Below the pieces are notes generated by a model, which was not told where the DNA came from, did not search any database, and worked only from the letters and a program-made list of their open reading frames with translations. From contig NC_043023.1 in the NCBI RefSeq assembly GCF_006345805.1, positions 6,262,001 through 6,326,000 on the forward strand: 64,000 nt of DNA, in the 5' to 3' direction. This DNA comes from Octopus sinensis (taxonomy: Eukaryota). How positions within the stretch are numbered: position 1 is the first letter of the stretch; every line of letters starts with the position of its first letter. Position numbers and translations under genes: made by a program. This document shows, one piece after another, positions 48,425 to 59,583 of the stretch.

Positions 48425-49099
48425 GAAAACAGGGACCCAAAGGTCATATATATACACTATAAGGACTTCTGAGGGAGACAGGGGTCAAAGGTGATATACA
48501 CTCTGTTATGACTTCTCTGAAAGAAAAAAAGGTCGGTACTTTACATTACAGGATGGTGTTTCAGGGAGCCAAGAGTCAAAGGTCATATATATGGCTTCTT
48601 GGGAAGGAAGGGGTTAAAACTCATATGTACTATGGGAACTGTGGTCAGGGGTCATTTACATTTTATGAAGGCTTCATGTGAAGACGGGGCTCAAAGGTCA
48701 TGTATACTACATGGGAACACATGCATATGAGTCTGTGTGTGCACGTGAGTCTGCATGCATGTGAGTCTGTGTGTGCACGTGAGTCTGTGCATTTGACTCA
48801 CTGCATGTATGTGAGTCTGTGTGTGCGTGTATGTGCAGAGGGATATATGTGCATCCGTATGTGTATATGAGCATGCACTCATATGTACATAGGTGTGTGT
48901 ATGTATAATACATTCCAGTTTATATTTATATGTAAAAACAACCAAACATGGTTGAAGAATTGCCCTGTATATTGAAGTAAAATATCACATTAAGGAAAAA
49001 GTTGACAGTGACTTCAAAGTATTTACTCAGTAGTTACTTTTATTGAACTGTCTAGTAAAGACAACTAGCTTTAAAACTTTGAAGTCCCTGTCAATCTTT

Positions 49100-49393
49100 C
49101 ATGTTTTTAAATAATAATGTATATAAAATAATATGTAATATATAATAATATATAATATACTATGATATATATATATATATATATATACATATATACACAT
49201 AATTTATATATAAAAAAATTATATATAATATATAATAAATAATGTATATAATAACAATAATATATAATAATATTTAATGATATATAAATAACATATAATA
49301 ATATTTAATGATATATAAATAACATATATAATAATATTTAATAATATGTAATAACATATATAATAATATATGATATATACATGTACATGTAGG

Positions 49394-49430
<37 letters not shown>

Positions 49431-49903
49431 ATGTGTTAAAACGATGATGATTACGAATGTATATATACATATAAATATAATATACATATATATAATATTT
49501 ATACATACATATATATAGTGTGTGTGTATGTGTATATATATATATATATATATGTATATATTTATATAATGTATGTATCTAATATGTGTGTGTGTATGTA
49601 TATATATATATGTATATATTTATATAATGTATGTATCTAATGTGTGTGTGTATGTATATATATATGTATATATAATGTATATATCTGTGTGTGTGTATGT
49701 ATATATCTAATGTGTGTGTGTATATATATATATAAAATGTCTATATATACATATATATATGTGTATGTGTAGATATATATATATGTGTATATATACATAT
49801 ATATGTGTGTGTGTGTGTGTAGATATATATATTTATATAATGTGTATATATAGATATATATATTTGTATATATATCATGATGATGATGATGATATATATG
49901 TAT

Positions 49904-49940
<37 letters not shown>

Positions 49941-49975
49941 TATACATATATATATATGTATGCTATCCGAATTTT
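49100..49975. repeat. AT-rich low complexity and (TA/TG)n microsatellites
   Basis: Direct inspection. Confidence 0.92.
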
Positions 49976-50131
49976 AATATGTAAGAAATTATATATACAT
50001 GTCTATAACAATATATATAAACTTAACATTATGTAAAACAACTGTATATTAAATAAATTAAATCCAAATAAAGTTATTCATCAGATCGCTGGAACATCAT
50101 AATCACATCTCAGGTTCAAAATATATACACA

Positions 50132-50495
50132 CTAGCAGCATAGCCCGGCATTGCCCGGGTATGTAAGAGCCCCTAGTAGGCAACGACTAATCCCAATCTA
50201 GTCCTTTCCCTCTAGGGAACAAAGGCGCATGTGTAGGTTGCAATGTCTTCCCTTCACTCGAATACTTCTGTGTATACGATGTTCCTAGCTGTCCCTTTGG
50301 GCGATAAAAAGGTTGAGTTGTGTCCCCTAGACAGAAAATGTGTTGCATATAAAAAGCTTAGATTCTCGACCCCATGTCGAATTTATCGATTTTTTTCAGA
50401 ACTGGGGGAATTTTTCAAAATTTTCGCTGCGTTAGTTTTGAATTATGACATTGGGCTATGTGTGTGTCAAGTTTCAACAGAATCGGTTGAAAGCG
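50132..50495 (-). mobile_element. 5'-truncated non-autonomous Helitron
   Basis: CTAG end with cccggcattgcccggg hairpin; body homologous to 34313-34684. Confidence 0.75.
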
Positions 50496-50517
50496 GAAAC
50501 TGAAAGAAGCCCGTCGT

Positions 50518-50915
50518 ATATATATATCTATATATATAGGCGTAGGAGTGGCTGTGTGGTAAGTAGCTTGTTTACCAACCACATGGTTCCGGGTTCAGTC
50601 CCACTGCGTGGCACCTTGGGCAAGTGTCTTCTACTATAGCCTCGGGCCGACCAAAGCCTTGTGAGTGGATTTGGTAGATGGAAACTGAAAGAAGCCCGTC
50701 GTATATATGCATGTGTGTCTGTGTTTGTCCCCCCTAGCATTGCTTGACAACCAATGCTGGTGTGTTTACGTCCCCATCACTCAGCGGTTCAGCAAAAGAG
50801 ACCGATAGAATAAGTACTGGGCTTACAAAAGAATAAGTCCCGGGGTCGAGTTGCTCGATTAAAGACGGTGCTCCAGCATGGCTGCAGTCAAATGACTGAA
50901 ACAAGTAAAAGAGTA
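50518..50915 (+). mobile_element. SINE family A
   Basis: Full-length copy. Confidence 0.88.
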
Positions 50916-50951
50916 AATAACAAAATATTAAGCAAATAATATAAAATATTA

Positions 50952-51093
50952 TAAAGTATAGAAGCCATCTTAACATGGCTAACCACATAGGGGAGGGGGT
51001 GTTACTGTAGCTTTATAGCCCCAAGAGATCGTCGTCTCCAGCTGGCTTTAGACACCATATCAGTGCTCTTGAAGTATTTGCAAAGGGAGGCCA
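50952..51093 (+). repeat. ~140-bp repeat, direct copy at 56673-56816; related to the arm of the 29841 hairpin
   Basis: aaagtatagaagccatcttaacatggctaaccacataggggagggggtgttactgtagcttt... near-identical in both copies. Confidence 0.85.
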
Positions 51094-51412
51094 TCCCTTC
51101 CTCGCAAGCCTGAGTGATACGCTCGGACTAGTTTCGGGATTTTTGTCCCTTGTCAACGGGCGATAACCACCAGGTCGCGATTAATTCTTTATTACGATTA
51201 TAAAATCAGTACATAGAAGAACAATACAGGACATACATACAAAAAACAGTTATGTGGTTCATTTAAAAATTTCCAAAATATATGGATTATTCATTATACA
51301 AAAAACTATTTAAATTGTCCTTTGCATTGACTAATATAACATTACATTAGATTGAAATCTTACCGATATATTTTAAGCCCCGCAGCTTTCCTTTCCTCTT
51401 CTCCATCCTTAG

Positions 51413-54400
51413 TTAAACTGGGTTTCTGACACCCACCTTTTTCACCACTTCCTTCCATCTTTTTTCATACACACCTCGTGGTAAGATCTTCTTTTCCAGC
51501 CCCATTTTGCTCTTCAGATGATATCTGAAGTAAGTGAGCAAGCCGGGGCCCGAGACAAAGTTTCCTATCGCGACTCCTTCCATTCTTGTACGCCACATGC
51601 ATTCTTTTACTACTGCAACCGTGCAGTGAAAACATGCCTCACCTTCCTTCGAGAGTCCAGTTGGCGGTATCATCTTAATCATAGACTCAGCCGACAGCTG
51701 TACTCATCCCAGATGCGATAACACGTGTTCTGCGTAACTTATCAAGTCTGACAACTTCCGACAGTGTACAAAAGCGTGCTGGACGGTTTTATCGTCCAAC
51801 CCGCATCTTGGACACGTTGGTGGCACTGAAATTCCGTGCCGCGATAACTTCTCGCGAACAGGTAAAGCATTCCTATAACACTGCCAGGCCAGGGATCTTT
51901 GGAAGTTATCCAAATACCCCGTACTGAAAGTCTTTTTAAACAGGTTGGTAAGCTGGTCTTCGTCGAATTCCAGAGCCCCTCCTAGGACGTCGTCGTTCTT
52001 TGCCTCTACCAGCCTGCTATAAAATACCGAGGTGGTATTTCCGCAGCCGGCCTTGCCCGCCTTGTGGATCAGCGTGAGTTCCTGTCGGCACTCCTTTTGC
52101 CATAAAGTCAGATTCCGTCTTTTGATGCAACCGGGTTTAAAATTCACTAAGGAAGCCGGTCTTGGGAAAAATTCCCCTGCCAGCGGACTCCACACCTTAT
52201 CACCCTCCAGGTGGTGCCAGAGATGCTTCAGCCTCAACGCATGCCTGCGCATCATCAACCAAGGCATTCCCAACCCACCCTTTAACGGTTCCTGGCAGCA
52301 AACGGAGCGCCTCACAAGTGGCTTTCCTCCCTTCCACAAAAAGCGGAAAAGGATTCGCTCCAACTTGCTAAGCCATGAATCGGAGCAAGGGACAGCGGTC
52401 AGGCGGTAAGTGATTACAGATGCAATGAACATCTGTACCACCTCCGCCCTTCCTTTCAAGGACAGAAACCTTCCAGACCAGGTCCATACTATGGCCTCCA
52501 CCTTGTCCGTCACCTCACTCCAATTCCTCTCCGTTTGGGAGTGTGGCCCAAACCAAACTCCTAGCAACTTAACAGGACCATCCGTCCAGTGTCCCATGGC
52601 ACTGGACGATATCGACTTGCTCTTCCAGGTGCCGAGGCGTAAGCCAATCGACTTGTCCTTGTTAACCTTTTCTCCTGCCACCACCTCGTATCCTCTGATA
52701 GCATCTTCTACACAAGGTAGCTGGGCCTCATTGGACACGATGAGGGTGACGTTATCTGCATAAGCAGAAACCGTCACCCGCCGCCGATCTCATCCGGGTT
52801 ACTTCCCAGCCTCTCCAACTTTCGCAGCAATGGCTCGAGAGCCAACATGTACAAAAGTGGTGACAAGGGGCACCCTTGACGAACTGAACATTCGATCGAA
52901 AACGGTTCCGTTAGGTAACTGTTGATCTGGACGGTGGACTTGATGCCACTATACATAGCGGAGATCCACCCGCGAAATTCAGGGTCCAGTCCAGCCGCTT
53001 CGAGGACCGTCGCCAGGTACTTATGGTCTACTCTATCGAACGCTTTACTTTGGTCTAAATGGACCATGCCCGCCCTTGCCGGTTAATTTACCCACCCTAT
53101 CTAAGGTGTAGCGTATAAGGTGAAGATTGTCCTGGATCGACCTGCCTGGAATTGCACATGTCTGTGCTTTCCCTACAAGTTCTCCACAACAATCGTCAAC
53201 CTTTTTGCCAACACCTTGGCCAAAATCTTTAACTCTACGTTAAGTAGAGTTATGGGCCTGTAATTACTAATGTTATCCCCCTTGCTCGGGTCTTTCTGGA
53301 TTAGCGTCACCACTCCCCGGCTTACAGAACTGGGAATTCTCCCATTCTGCTGCCAGTTCGTGTAGACGCCTGCCAATATTCCCCCGAACAAGTCCGGCAT
53401 ACTTTGGTAAAACTCGTAGGGCAGACCATCCAACCCCGGCGACTTTTCCCCGGCGCATCCGGCCAGTACCCCCTCTATCTCCGCGGGAGTGATCGCTCCT
53501 TCACAGCACTCCACCTCACGCCCCGAGAGCCGCGGTCCGCCGGCTAGGAAGTCCTTAAAGGCCTTCCCCTGCTCCGGTGCCACACCACCCCCAAACGCGC
53601 GGGCGAAATGCTGGTGAAGAAACTTTTGCATCTCCTCCTGTCCATAGATCTTTTGTCCCTGTTCGTCAGTTAAAGCTGGCCATAGACACACTTTCTTGTG
53701 TCCCTGTCCGTCAGTTAAAGACTTGATTGAAGCTTTGTTACCTCTCTGACTCTCCACTCGACGGGCCCATCCGGCAACGTTAATACCTTCTCGTTTCCCT
53801 GCGCGTAGCTTAGTTCTAACTCTGCAACCTTCGTGTTTGGAGTTAAGGTGACGGTACAATACCGTCCTTGCCGCCATCACTCCGGATGCAGAGCCAGCTT
53901 CCATTGCCTCGTTTAGATTCTTAACTAAATCGTCCTCTATCCTAGACCTATCTAACCTTAGCTGATTGCTAAATCTAATGGACTCTGAACGAATGGCTCT
54001 TTTGAGGGAGTGCCACCATCTATTGTTAATGATGGTGCCACATAATGCCCTCTGTACTAACACCTTAATCCGGGTACGGAAGTCTTCACAATTCAAAATA
54101 GACTTGTTCAGCTTCCAGTACCCGGGTCCCTGTCTATGGCACTTATCTAATTGCACCCTACAAGTCACAAATTTTTGATACGTGTAAGGCACAATGTGAA
54201 ACACTGGACAACTAAACGTATCCTTATTCTCTTTTCCTAACGAATATCCTATCTATATACGATCTGCGTGAGCCATCGTTGTTTCTCCACGTCCACTGTG
54301 GAACGCTCGGCTCATCCAGTCGATAACGGTCTACTAGATTAAAGCTCTCTAGTAGACCCTTGAGGCTAGGGTTCCCCTTCCTATTGGTTGAGCCAACACT

Positions 54401-54844
54401 GTCGACCCGCGCTTCGAGGACAGTGTTAAAGTCCCCTACTAAGACTACTGTTTTCGACGTCACTAAAAAGGGCTCCAGGTTCCGAAAAAAACCCGACTGC
54501 CTACACTCATTCGGAGCGTAGACAGCTACCAACCTGAAGGACTGTTTACTTACGTGGGTTACATCCAGAATGACCAGCCTGCCTTCTGGGTCCAGAAAGA
54601 CAGCACTTACCTGCAAGTCCAAGCTCTTCCTGATAAGGACTGCCACGCCTCTTTCTCTTCCTCGGCTAGGAGAAATAAATTTCTCGAAACCATTTAGAAG
54701 AGGCGAGAACGCTTGGGTCCCGTTCATCTTGGACTTGGTTGCAATCGCTACGTCCACTCCATGTGTCGTGAGGTTGTTCTGGAAACAAATTTGTTTCCAT
54801 TTTGACCCCATTCCACGTACATTCACACAATCCAGCTTAGCCAT
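51413..54844 (-). pseudogene. Tx1-like ORF2: APE endonuclease, reverse transcriptase, zf-RVT; frameshifted
   Basis: NVRG, VYAPN, GDFN, SYIDRIF (endonuclease); KSPGLDGLP, YRPITLLN, DQSKAFDRV, RQGCPLSP, AYADNV (RT); CPRC...HAFVHC. Confidence 0.92.
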
Positions 54845-54871
54845 TGTCGGTGAGAGAAAAAGTAAATAAAC

Positions 54872-56298
54872 TTACGTTTGAGAAAGGGAGCATGACAGTT
54901 TAATTCTGCCCGCTTCCCCTTCTTCCTCCCTTGTGATCATAGCTGCAGGGCTCTTAACCGGAGTTGCCATCGGGCTCTGGGTAGGTGTGGTTGCCGGGGT
55001 TATAATAAGTTTACCCTCCAGTACTTCCTTTGTTACGTCTCTTATAAGTCTATTCTTCAGATGTTCTTGTAGTATTTCCTCCTTCCACTCGTCTTCCTTT
55101 ATTTTTGCGAAGCGCGTGGTTGCTTTTGTGTCTGTAGACTTGCTGAATAGTTTAAATTTGGAAAATTTAAAATATTTGTATACCCTATCGTTCTTTTCGT
55201 CAAATGCTATGATCTTATCATTTTTTTAAAAAAAATTTTTCAAATCTTGTTTTATGGGGAGGGGCTTGGCGAACTGTTTTCCAATGAATACAGTGCCGTG
55301 GGGGTAGGGCTGGGGAATTTGCTTTGTATGTATGTTTGCTGATTTTTTCCTTGTTTGGGGAGGGGAGTCCAGGGTGTTATCTTTTTTTCTTTTGTGTTTC
55401 ACCTGTGTGTAATCCATTTGTTCATTAAAATCCTCCGTTTCGGTTTCTTTGCTTGTCGCCGTCTTGGGTTCTTTTTCCGCCTTCTCCCTTTCAGTGTTTG
55501 AAGCACTTTGAGGAGGGGCTTCAATGATTTTCTTTTTTTTTAAACAGTTTGAGCGGACGTGACCCTTTTCGCCACATTTAAAGCACCTAGGTCTGCGCCC
55601 CTCCACTGACACTCTCATGGAAGTTCCATCCTCATTAAATACCCTATCGGGCAAGTTTTCCAGTATCTTATTTTCTGCCTGAACGAGGAGTTCTAGCGTC
55701 TGTCCTTTCCAGCGCACCTCCTCTTTCCTTCTCATCTGCAGAATTGAAACTTCCCGCTCTACGTTGTGCAGGACTGCCGCTGCTACCCACATTATGTCAT
55801 ACCCTCTTGGTATATCCTCTACATGTAGTTTGACTGTTCTTTTCCCCATATACGAAGGTAGCAACATGATATCCTCATTTTTCAAGGTCATTGATGACAC
55901 CTCTCTTGCCACATCAGCCGAGTCGAAATGTGCTTCAACGGTAGCGCTGCGAGCACCTCGAACAACGTGGCGAATTTTGGTCCACACCCGGGGACAAGCA
56001 CTTTTCTACTATCTCGTTTTTGACATCCATTATTTTTTTTTTTGTTGCTATAAACTTTGTATACAACTGTCTTTGCCTTTATTTCCTGTACCTTCGCTTG
56101 CGGCAGTACCAGTTTAATTTCATTGCCTTCCATTTTTAGTAAGTTCCGAAATTCGAATAACTGTTCAATCTTAAATTCTACATTCGTTATGGTTCCGCCC
56201 ACTGTGGCCAAAAAAGACTGTTTTTTGACTTCGATATCCTTCTGTTCGCCTTTTCCCATCACGGGAAAGTCGCTCCTCGACGCCAAGTCGAACTCCAT
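54872..56298 (-). pseudogene. Tx1-like ORF1 (gag-like, CCHC knuckle CFKCGEKGHVRSNC), frameshifted
   Basis: Split across ORFs 55888-56298 and 55226-55987 plus a 3' piece; breaks fall at homopolymer runs (~56035, ~55225). Confidence 0.85.
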
Positions 56299-56852
56299 TT
56301 CTCAAATTATGAGAACAAATGTTTAAAATAAAAAAAAAATTACCTCGAAGGTAACTACAATGTTTAAACACAGAATTTTCTGCCCCGTAGGGCGAAAATT
56401 AGTTACACAACGGACAACTGTTCAATTCACGAGTAACATAAACAACGACGAACAAAAAACGAACTCACTCAACAAAATAGGCAGCTAACTTCTCAATACA
56501 CAGATGAAAGAGGGGTCCCTAGACGCGTGACAAACCACCAGGTCGTGATGAAAGGGAAGGCCGCCTTGCAAATATATGAGTTTTTCTAGTGACGTCTGCC
56601 ACTGATTTCGAAAAACTGACAGTAAGCATTATTAAATCTCAGAATGAGATTGAAACAGTAATCGCTCGATAATGTAAAGTATAGAAGCCATCTTAACATG
56701 GCTAACCACATAGGGGAGGGGGTGTTACTGTAGCTTTATAGCCCCAAGAGATCGTCGTCTCCAGCTGGCTTTAGACACCATTTCAGTGCCCTTGAAGTAT
56801 CTGCAAAGGAAGGCCAAGCGTATCACTCAGGCTTACGAGGAAGGGATGGCGT

Positions 56853-57723
56853 AAATTTATTCAGGAAGACGGAAAAGCTACAGAATTCCTTCGGAATCAT
56901 GGTGTCCTACCAACTTTTGTAACATGTCCTCGATGTGGAAGCAAATGTATATACAGAGAAGACCAGCATATTTGGAGATGTAGGAAGAGTTTTACTGTCG
57001 CAAAATCAAAGAAGCGGCGTCAATGTGGCTATTTGATATCAGACTTTCATGGGACCTTTCTTGATAATGCACGCATTCGTTTCATGGAAGCTTATTATCT
57101 TTGTGAATGAGTTTCTGCTTGGTGCATGGCAGCATATAAGAGTCGTAGAAAACCTGGAATTGAGTCCAGCAACTAGTGTAGACTGGAGATCATTTTGTTC
57201 CGAAGTCACGGAAAATTGGCTTCAATCTCAGGAAGCGATCGGCGGCGAATCAATCGAAGTCGAAATTGATGAGACTTTGATTGTTCATCGTAAATATGGG
57301 AGGGATCGAATTTTGAGCCAAGTTTGGTTGTTTGGTGGAATAGAGCAAACCAGTAACCGTCGTTTTGTTGTGCCTCTTATTAATAAGAAGTGTGACAAAG
57401 CGACACTGGTTCCTCCAATTCAAAAACATATCAAACCTGGCTCCAATTATTTACAGCGATTCTTGGGCTGCCTACAGAGATCTAAGCAGTTTGGGTTACC
57501 ACCATTACGTGATAAACCAGTCTGAAAACTTTGTAGATCCGACACACAAAACATTGAACGTTTGTGGAGAGATGTGAAAGAATGGATTCGGCGACTAGGC
57601 ATGAAGCCGGAATATCTAAATCAATATCTGTCTAGATATTTATTTATCTCCTCGGAGAGTAATAAATTTTTGCTACTCCACAAATTCTTTCAACAGGCTG
57701 CCAAATTATATGTTTCTCTGTAA
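56853..57723 (+). pseudogene. Merlin/IS1595 (ISXO2-like) DDE transposase relic
   Basis: N-terminal CPRCG...WRC zinc ribbon; VEIDET, VWLFGGIE, IYSDSWAAY, NFVDP, HTQNIERLW and YLSRYLF motifs across frameshifts. Confidence 0.85.
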
Positions 57724-57869
57724 TTTTACCATTATAGAACTTATAGTGTACCACATGAACTGGTAACTAACTCTGTAGTAAGTCAATATGCTGAGACTTC
57801 TCTTATGCTCTGTAATTTTACCTGTATTTCTGTTGTATTCGCATGCACCTTTATTTGTACCTTCTGTTG

Positions 57870-59583
57870 CTAAAAAAATTTCATATTCTTAATCTCTGTA
57901 TTTTTCCACGCTTCGCTCTCTATCGGACAGTAGTTTTGTTCCGCTTGAGTTGTTGCACGAGATGCAAACGAAACAGGCAGCCATCTTTCGTTGTGTTTCT
58001 GCTCAAGTATCGCTCCGAGCCCATGCTTACTAGTATCTGCAGTTATTTTTATTGGTAGATCTGGATCATAAAATTGTAGCACTGGTTTTCTGGTAATCAT
58101 TTCTTTTAGCTTTTTTATTGCTTCGATTTGTGGTTTGTCGAATGACCATAACATGTCACTCTGTAGAAGCTGGCGTAATGGTGCTGTAACTTCGGAGTAA
58201 TTAGATAAAAATTTCCATAGGTAATTTGCCATACCTAGGAATCTTTGTAATTCTTTTTTACTTGTTGGCAGTGGCATGTGAATGATTGCTTGTACTTTGG
58301 TTGGATCTTGTTTTATCCCTTCGCTGGTTAATAGATGCCCAAGGTACGTAATTTGTGATTCATAGAAGATACACTTTGATTTATTTAACTTTAATCCGTG
58401 CTTTCGGATTCGGTCGAAAACTTGTTGTAGTCTATTTGTGTGTTCTTCTAAAGTGCTGGACCAGATTATGATGTCATCCTGTGAATTTCTTGCTCCTTCT
58501 ATGCCCTCTATTATTTTTGCGATTTCTTTTTGGAAAACTTCACTGGCGCTGTGAATTCCATAGGGTAGTCGTGTGAAGCGATATCTTCCAAAAGATGTGT
58601 TGAACGTTAACAGGTGGGAGCTTTCTTCGTCAACTGGAATTTGCCAGTATCCATTAGATGCATTGAGTTTTGAGAAATATTTAGGGTTATGCATTTGTGC
58701 AAAAATGTCCTCCGCTGTGGGGAGTTTGGAATGTTGCCTTTTTATGGCTTTGTTTAGATTCTTGGGGTCTAAACAGAGTCGGAGTTTTCCGTTGGCTTTT
58801 CCAATGATGACTAGGGAATTTACCCAGTCTGCAGGCTCACTAACAGGTCTTATGATTCCTAATTCTGTCATTCTTTTTAATTTTTTGTTGAGTTTTTCTT
58901 TTATAGAAAAAGGAACCGATCTTGGTGGATGAATTACAGGAGTTATTTGTGGATCCACTGTGATATGATGTGTTATTGACAAAGTGCCGATTTCTCCGAA
59001 ACGGTCTTCATATTTTTCTATTATGTCGTTTGCGTTCGACGAATTTATTTAAAAAATTCTCTGAATTAGGTTCAGATCTTGAGCTTTGCATCTATAACTG
59101 CGTGCGAGTTTGTTTTTGCAACAATGAATTTCATTTGTTTTGATAATTCTTTGTATTTAACGACTGCTGTGCATTTGCCTAGCACTTTTATAGCTGTGTT
59201 ATTGTAAGCTGATAATCGAGTTGAGTTTTTTTGCAGTTGTGGTTTTGGAATTATAGTTTTATATTCTCTGAATGGCAGTACGGTTACGTCTGCTCCTGTA
59301 TCAATTTTGAATGTTATATTTGTGTTATTCATTTAGTTCGACCGTCCAAATGTCTTTTGGAGTCTTGAACTTTTCGATTTTGTGCACGCGGGAATTATTT
59401 GCAGTGATCATTCGAGTGCATGTGTATCGTCATCTGATAATCGTCGGTATGTATCTCTACTTTATGTACAAATTTTTTTGATTTGCACATTTTTGCATAG
59501 TGTCCTTGTTTCTTGCTATTTTTCACATATCTTGTGAAATGCTGGGCATTTATTTCTTTTGTGATTATAACCACAATAGTGAT
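57870..59583 (-). pseudogene. Ty3/Gypsy LTR retrotransposon fragment: gag knuckles, protease, RT, RNase H; integrase absent
   Basis: HYCGYNHKRNKCPAF...KQGHYAKMC; FKIDTGADV; RLCLDPKNLN, LPYGIHSASEVFQ, SQDDIII, LQRFLGM, ITADTSKHGLGA. Confidence 0.9.

Larger units (their letters stand above)
51182..56532 (-). mobile_element. Full-length L1/Tx1-clade LINE, copy 1 (~5.35 kb) with 17-bp TSD
   Basis: ORF1 and ORF2 are present. TSD aaccaccaggtcgYgat at 51165-51181 and 56533-56549 (1 mismatch). AATAAA lies near the 3' end. Confidence 0.88.

Noticed and set aside
13273-50915. tRNA-like A/B boxes at SINE heads as tRNA genes
   Set aside because: No complete cloverleaf; each continues into the same ~400-bp SINE body. 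The many similar short ORFs (e.g. [18 protein letters not shown]) are SINE translations.
50952-56816. 140-bp direct repeats as LTRs of an LTR retrotransposon enclosing 51-56 kb
   Set aside because: The enclosed coding sequence is a non-LTR Tx1 element with its own TSD, no PBS follows either repeat, and the repeat resembles the TIR arm of the 29841 hairpin.
56853-57723. IS1595-like transposase as bacterial contamination
   Set aside because: It is frameshifted, embedded among eukaryotic retroelements, and has the eukaryotic Merlin-type layout; no bacterial genes are nearby.
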